Source of the DNA: an uncultured virus (IMG/VR IMGVR_UViG_3300029286_000014)
Lineage: Duplodnaviria; Heunggongvirae; Uroviricota; Caudoviricetes
Direction: 5' to 3' (one strand)
DNA length: 20,000 nt
Virus record (IMG/VR): IMGVR_UViG_3300029286_000014
Both the position numbers and the translations under genes were made by a program. The notes beneath the pieces were generated by a model. It was not told the origin of the DNA and did no database searches. It saw nothing but the letters and a program-made list of their open reading frames with translations. Positions 15,992 to 20,000 of this stretch are shown piece after piece (the first letter of the stretch is position 1; each line of letters starts with the position of its first letter).

Positions 15992-16693
15992 GTGAGAACA
16001 AAAAAATCAATAGTCAAGAATAATGGAGAAAAAGTGAAAAACTTTAGAACCACAACGGACATCTTCAGAAAGATCATAGTGTTTCTACTAAGTCAAAAAA
16101 CGGTTGAATCAGCAGAGATTTTTGAATCTGTTGGAGACAACGAGAAATCAGCAGGAGCAATGTTGAATTTGATGGTTAAGTTTATTCCGGAGTTTATTAA
16201 GGTTGAAAAAATATCGAGTAGAAAAAATATATACACTTTGACTCCTGCTGGGCATCAAACTGATATTGAAGAAATGAGGGAGGTATACAGAAAGAGAAAA
16301 TACGATTATAAGTTTAGTCGCAAAGGTAAACTCCCATCATTGTTGAAAAGAATTACCCCTGCTCCTGGGATCTTTGTTAAAAATTCTGAAACAAACGCAG
16401 AAAAAGAAATAGAAAAAATTTCTACGGAAAAAGCTTCAGAAAGAATGGTTCTTTCGTATTTGAAAGAAATATTTGAAACAAAACCTGAAATTCTTTCAGA
16501 AACTTCTCAGGAAGAGGAATTCTCCATAGCCAGAAACTCCGATACGATGGTCTTGGGGTACCTTCAGAAACTTCTTGAAAGCTACAAGAAAAAAGAGATG
16601 TTGGAGATTTCTATCAAACCTGGAAATAGGGAAAAAATTTATTTCCTTAGAACAAAGGAAGGAAATAAATTAACCATCTCTTTTGGCGAATAG
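15992..16693 (+). CDS. Hypothetical protein, possible N-terminal winged helix
   Basis: GTG start with RBS AGGAGG. KIIVFLL...RKNIYTLTPAG resembles a wHTH wing. Confidence 0.7.
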   Translation: MRTKKSIVKNNGEKVKNFRTTTDIFRKIIVFLLSQKTVESAEIFESVGDNEKSAGAMLNLMVKFIPEFIKVEKISSRKNIYTLTPAGHQTDIEEMREVYRKRKYDYKFSRKGKLPSLLKRITPAPGIFVKNSETNAEKEIEKISTEKASERMVLSYLKEIFETKPEILSETSQEEEFSIARNSDTMVLGYLQKLLESYKKKEMLEISIKPGNREKIYFLRTKEGNKLTISFGE

Positions 16694-16743
16694 AAAAGGA
16701 GGCCCACAAAAATAATAAAAAATAAGGGAGGTGAGTACATTGT

Positions 16744-16902
16744 ATGACTATGGATAAAGTTTCTAAAAGAAACAAGAAAAAATTTACAAAGAAACAAATC
16801 GAAGCAATGAAAGAAGAAACCATAAAACAGAAAAACAACAATATTAATAGCACTCCTAAAGGTGCTGTTTCAGATCCTAACATTGTTATAAAAAATATGT
16901 AA
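16744..16902 (+). CDS. Small basic protein (52 aa)
   Basis: MTMDKVSKRNKKKFTKKQIEAMKEE...IVIKNM*. RBS GGGAGGTG upstream; below the ORF track size limit. Confidence 0.55.
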   Translation: MTMDKVSKRNKKKFTKKQIEAMKEETIKQKNNNINSTPKGAVSDPNIVIKNM

Positions 16903-17180
16903 GAGGGGTTACTAGGCTGCATCCATGTCATAAGGCAACATGGATGCCAAAACCATTTTCATATGCAAAAGGATCTATATGGTGCATGAACATTATGTAA
17001 CGATGGTTCCATTGGTAATAACAAAACAATTTGGCCGAAACATATTTTCAAAAGGATACCTGATAAACTTCAAAATAATAATACCGTGAGAATTTCTAAG
17101 CGAGACTGGTAAACCAGTCCACTCGGAAACTTTTCTCTGCTCATTTTTTTGTAAAATATTTCAGTTTATAATAATCCTAT

Positions 17181-17194
17181 TATATATATTGATT
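17181..17194 (+). promoter_or_regulatory. TATATATATTRATT motif, copy 6
   Basis: TATATATATTGATTgatgaacaaa upstream of the ATG at 17228. Confidence 0.62.
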
Positions 17195-17227
17195 GATGAA
17201 CAAATAAAAAATAATAGGAGAAATAAT

Positions 17228-17659
17228 ATGGGATTAATATCAAAATCACTGGAAGGTATAGGGTTTGTACTTTATGCAGCAAAGTGTAATATAGCTGATA
17301 GTTTAAAAACGCCTGAGCAAAAACGTGCGGAAAAGGAAGCTTCTGATGCGTACTGGGCAGAGTATAAACTTCGGCAAAGTATGGAGCAGAGTAAGAGGGA
17401 AGAAAGAGAAGAATTGAGTCTAAAACAAGCAGAAATTGAAAAATCTAGAGAACAGATCAGAGAGACAGATCGACAAGACTTACTTAGAAAAATGGAAGTC
17501 TTGAATAAAAAGGTTGAACTTGTGAAGAGGGATGAGATAAGAGAAAAGGAAGAAGAGAAAAAAGAATTTGCAAGAATCATGGAAAAAACCTTCGGAAATA
17601 ACTACAAAGATCTACCATGGATCAAAGAAATGGCAATCAAAAAAGGGATCTCCCTTTAA
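17228..17659 (+). CDS. Charged coiled-coil hypothetical protein
   Basis: RBS AGGAG precedes the ATG at 17228; E/K/R-rich helical sequence. Confidence 0.75.
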   Translation: MGLISKSLEGIGFVLYAAKCNIADSLKTPEQKRAEKEASDAYWAEYKLRQSMEQSKREEREELSLKQAEIEKSREQIRETDRQDLLRKMEVLNKKVELVKRDEIREKEEEKKEFARIMEKTFGNNYKDLPWIKEMAIKKGISL

Positions 17660-17663
17660 GATG

Positions 17664-17687
17664 AAGGAGAGTAATCTCTCCTTTTTT
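17664..17687 (+). terminator. Intrinsic terminator (plus strand)
   Basis: aaggagag-taat-ctctcctt followed by a T-run. Confidence 0.8.
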
Positions 17688-17701
17688 ATAGTTTTTTTTG
17701 C

Positions 17702-17732
17702 AAAAAAAAAGGGAGAGCTAAAATGCTCTCCC
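17702..17732 (-). terminator. Intrinsic terminator of the tail sheath gene
   Basis: gggagagc/gctctccc stem with 9 T on the minus strand. Confidence 0.8.
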
Positions 17733-17749
17733 CAAAGATAAAAAGGAGG

Positions 17750-19798
17750 TTACTTTATGAAGAGGTTTATATCGATCTTTTCTACTACTCTTGTAGGCTG
17801 TAGCACAATGTTGACGTGGATAGTCTTTGTTTTTATTTCATAAGGTGTTGCACCAACATCAACTGTGTAAGAATACAGACCACGTTTTGATTTAATAAGC
17901 TCAAGGAATGAAGTACAATCAGCTTTTATTTGATTCCAAGTTGTTGAATCATTCATCTCGAAGATATAATATCTGCAATATTGTTCAAGAGCTCTTTTAA
18001 CATAAAGAACAAGCCTTACAATATTTATATCTTGTAGTGCTGATGGTTTTGTTTGTGTAGTTAAATTACCCCATACAACATAACCAGGAGCAAACTTAAC
18101 AATTGGATTCAACTGTGCCAAATACAACTGATCTCTTTCACCTTGTTTTGGATTATACCTTAAATTCCTAATTGATGCAATTGATGCTCTATTAAATCCT
18201 GCAACTGCGTACCAAATTTCTGCAACGAAATCATTTCTAGGAATAAGATAACTCATGTGATAAACAGGAGAAACCCAAATTTCTTTTCCAGTAAATGTGT
18301 CGTATATTTGGTTGTATTCCTCATAGAGAGCACAATACATTGTATTGTATGTGTGATGATTCTTTCTTTCAACCAATGAATCGCTGCAAGTTTTATTGCT
18401 GCCATTATCAAGAATTGCAATACAATCTTCCCTTTCAACAACCAAATCATGAATTGCAGTTTTAACGGATGTTTCATAGCCAGCATCAAATACAAGGTTG
18501 AAATAAACATTATCCGTATCGTACATGCTATTTTCATAAATTACTGTTACAGCATCAGGATCTGATGTCGGAGAAAGAATTGGACTTATCAATTGCCCAA
18601 CATAACCTTTTGCCAATGTCAACGAACCAATTGAAGAAACAAACTGCCCTTGATTGTCAACCAATGATCCATCTGATCCCTTCTTCAAAGGAACAGGAAT
18701 TTCAGATTCAAATTCTGGGCAATCAGAAACAAGAACTTTCGCTTTTTTGACAGAATAAGTTATAAATGGGTCAGTCCATCTAAATGCAGGAGTTTCCCCA
18801 GGATTATCCCAGAACCAACCAGGACTTCTTGATGTTAACCTACTGTCATAAATATTAACTGTATTGTTGTCTAAATCAGAAGATTCCCCCAACCAACCAT
18901 AAACTGTATTACCAAAACTATCTTTAGCAACAACAACATATGAACATTCTGCCGCTAAATCAGGTGTCTGCCAGTTGTAGAAATTCTGTTTGTCATCAAT
19001 TAACATTGGTGAATAAGATGTTGAATCATTTGGAACAACAGAAACATTTCCCATATTTTGGGCATATGCTTTTATAAGAAGATCATACCCTGATGTATAC
19101 GGGGATGTTGGTTCGTCACCAACTGTCATGTCGCATTTTAAAATATTTGAATATGTGTTCAAAACATAAACAATCCAGATAGAATCACCAGAATCGTCAA
19201 CTGCTGTTGGTTCAAAAGAAACAGAGAATGATTCAACAATAACTTCATCACCATCAGATTGCTTTTCATAAATATCTAGATTATAAATTCCAGTTACCAT
19301 TTGATTTGCATAAGGAGTCAATCTTATACCAATCTGGTTGTAATAATCGCCTCTGCCCATTGGATAAATAATAGCAAGAGGCAATGTTGGTCCTACTTGC
19401 TCAAGAGAAGAATTTAGATCATTTCTAGTCCTTCTGTCAGCTACCCACTGAACACCAATTGCTGCGTCACTTTCCCCAGTAACTACTTCAGCATAAATCA
19501 AAAGATTTGCATAAGCAGCATCATAGGGCATACAACGCATAAAATACATTGCGTTTGCTTCACCAAGGAAATTATATGCCTCATAAAGTCCTTGCCCCCA
19601 AGTTTGCCCATACGTCAAAATATTTGGTTCCCCAAATTCCTTAACCAAATCGCTTCTTGAAGCAAGAAATACCATTTGGTTATCCCTACCCTTTTTCGAC
19701 AATGCGCACAAAAATCCGATTGAAGATGGAACTGTTTGAACATAACTAGAAAGATCGATTATCTTTGTGTACACGCCCGGTGATATGTTGTTTGCCAT
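17750..19798 (-). CDS. Contractile tail sheath protein (T4 gp18-like)
   Basis: N-terminal SPGVYTKIID; C-terminal WYAVAGFNRA, RDQLYLAQLNPI, VWGNLT, INIVRL, FEMND and VLQPTRVVEKI; RBS GGAGG. Confidence 0.92.
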   Translation of the reverse strand: MANNISPGVYTKIIDLSSYVQTVPSSIGFLCALSKKGRDNQMVFLASRSDLVKEFGEPNILTYGQTWGQGLYEAYNFLGEANAMYFMRCMPYDAAYANLLIYAEVVTGESDAAIGVQWVADRRTRNDLNSSLEQVGPTLPLAIIYPMGRGDYYNQIGIRLTPYANQMVTGIYNLDIYEKQSDGDEVIVESFSVSFEPTAVDDSGDSIWIVYVLNTYSNILKCDMTVGDEPTSPYTSGYDLLIKAYAQNMGNVSVVPNDSTSYSPMLIDDKQNFYNWQTPDLAAECSYVVVAKDSFGNTVYGWLGESSDLDNNTVNIYDSRLTSRSPGWFWDNPGETPAFRWTDPFITYSVKKAKVLVSDCPEFESEIPVPLKKGSDGSLVDNQGQFVSSIGSLTLAKGYVGQLISPILSPTSDPDAVTVIYENSMYDTDNVYFNLVFDAGYETSVKTAIHDLVVEREDCIAILDNGSNKTCSDSLVERKNHHTYNTMYCALYEEYNQIYDTFTGKEIWVSPVYHMSYLIPRNDFVAEIWYAVAGFNRASIASIRNLRYNPKQGERDQLYLAQLNPIVKFAPGYVVWGNLTTQTKPSALQDINIVRLVLYVKRALEQYCRYYIFEMNDSTTWNQIKADCTSFLELIKSKRGLYSYTVDVGATPYEIKTKTIHVNIVLQPTRVVEKIDINLFIK

Positions 19799-19895
19799 TA
19801 CTAAATTCCTCCAGGAATTTTTAAAGAATTCTCTAATTTTTTTATCTCTATTGCACGTTAGCCTTTTTTTTATACTCTAATTTTATAAAGCTCCG

Positions 19896-19991
19896 CTGGT
19901 GAAAACCCCTGAACTTGTTCAGGGGATGAAACCAGTAAATCAGTAAAATTATAGAAGTTTTTAACGGTTTTAATGACCCCTGAACTTCTAT
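19896..19991. repeat. Hairpin with direct repeat, resembling an IS200/IS605-family end
   Basis: ctggt..cccctgaac-tt-gttcagggg..accag (19896-19935); acccctgaactt occurs at 19905-19916 and again at 19976-19987. Confidence 0.5.
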
Positions 19992-20000
19992 CATAAACAG

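Noticed and set aside
609..18750. Short antisense or nested ORFs in the track (e.g. 609-821, 3144-3527, 5762-6103, 8740-9045, 14737-15027, 17272-17580, 18253-18537)
   Set aside because: They overlap better-supported genes, lack clear RBSs and show no recognisable motifs.
1..20000. Stop-codon reassignment, as seen in some large phages
   Set aside because: Recognisable enzymes are full length in the standard code, and TAA, TAG (1201, 16693) and TGA (5094, 6071, 10123) all end genes at sensible positions.
1..20000. CRISPR array or long tandem repeat
   Set aside because: No regularly spaced direct repeats were seen.

Overview
AT-rich, gene-dense segment of a large tailed (myovirus-type) phage genome. 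A T4 gp18-like tail sheath gene lies on the minus strand at the right end; most other genes run on the plus strand. These include a coiled-coil + VWA + divergent adenylosuccinate-synthetase-like trio, small hypothetical genes, a degenerate tRNA-Ile(GAT), a PEP-CTERM protein, a PQ-loop/SemiSWEET protein, CoaD, an M15 peptidase endolysin and a DenV-like glycosylase. A dispersed set of sugar-modifying enzymes is also present (HldE/RfaE domain-I heptose kinase, PIG-L deacetylase, SAM methyltransferase, UDP-glucuronate decarboxylase, GT-B glycosyltransferase). PEP-CTERM and heptose kinase suggest a Gram-negative host (inference). Main observations not explained by the ORF track: (1) a complete candidate -1 programmed frameshift signal (C_CCT_TTT, 6-nt spacer, 8-bp stem) that would extend a 69-aa protein by a 105-aa Gly-X-Y tail; (2) a PurA-like enzyme whose aspartate-binding loop is replaced; (3) two or three highly structured intergenic RNA candidates; (4) a 14-bp motif TATATATATTRATT in six copies upstream of genes, one of them an unannotated 24-aa membrane peptide; (5) an IS200/IS605-like end hairpin at the right edge. 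All family assignments are by eye from motifs; no searches were run.
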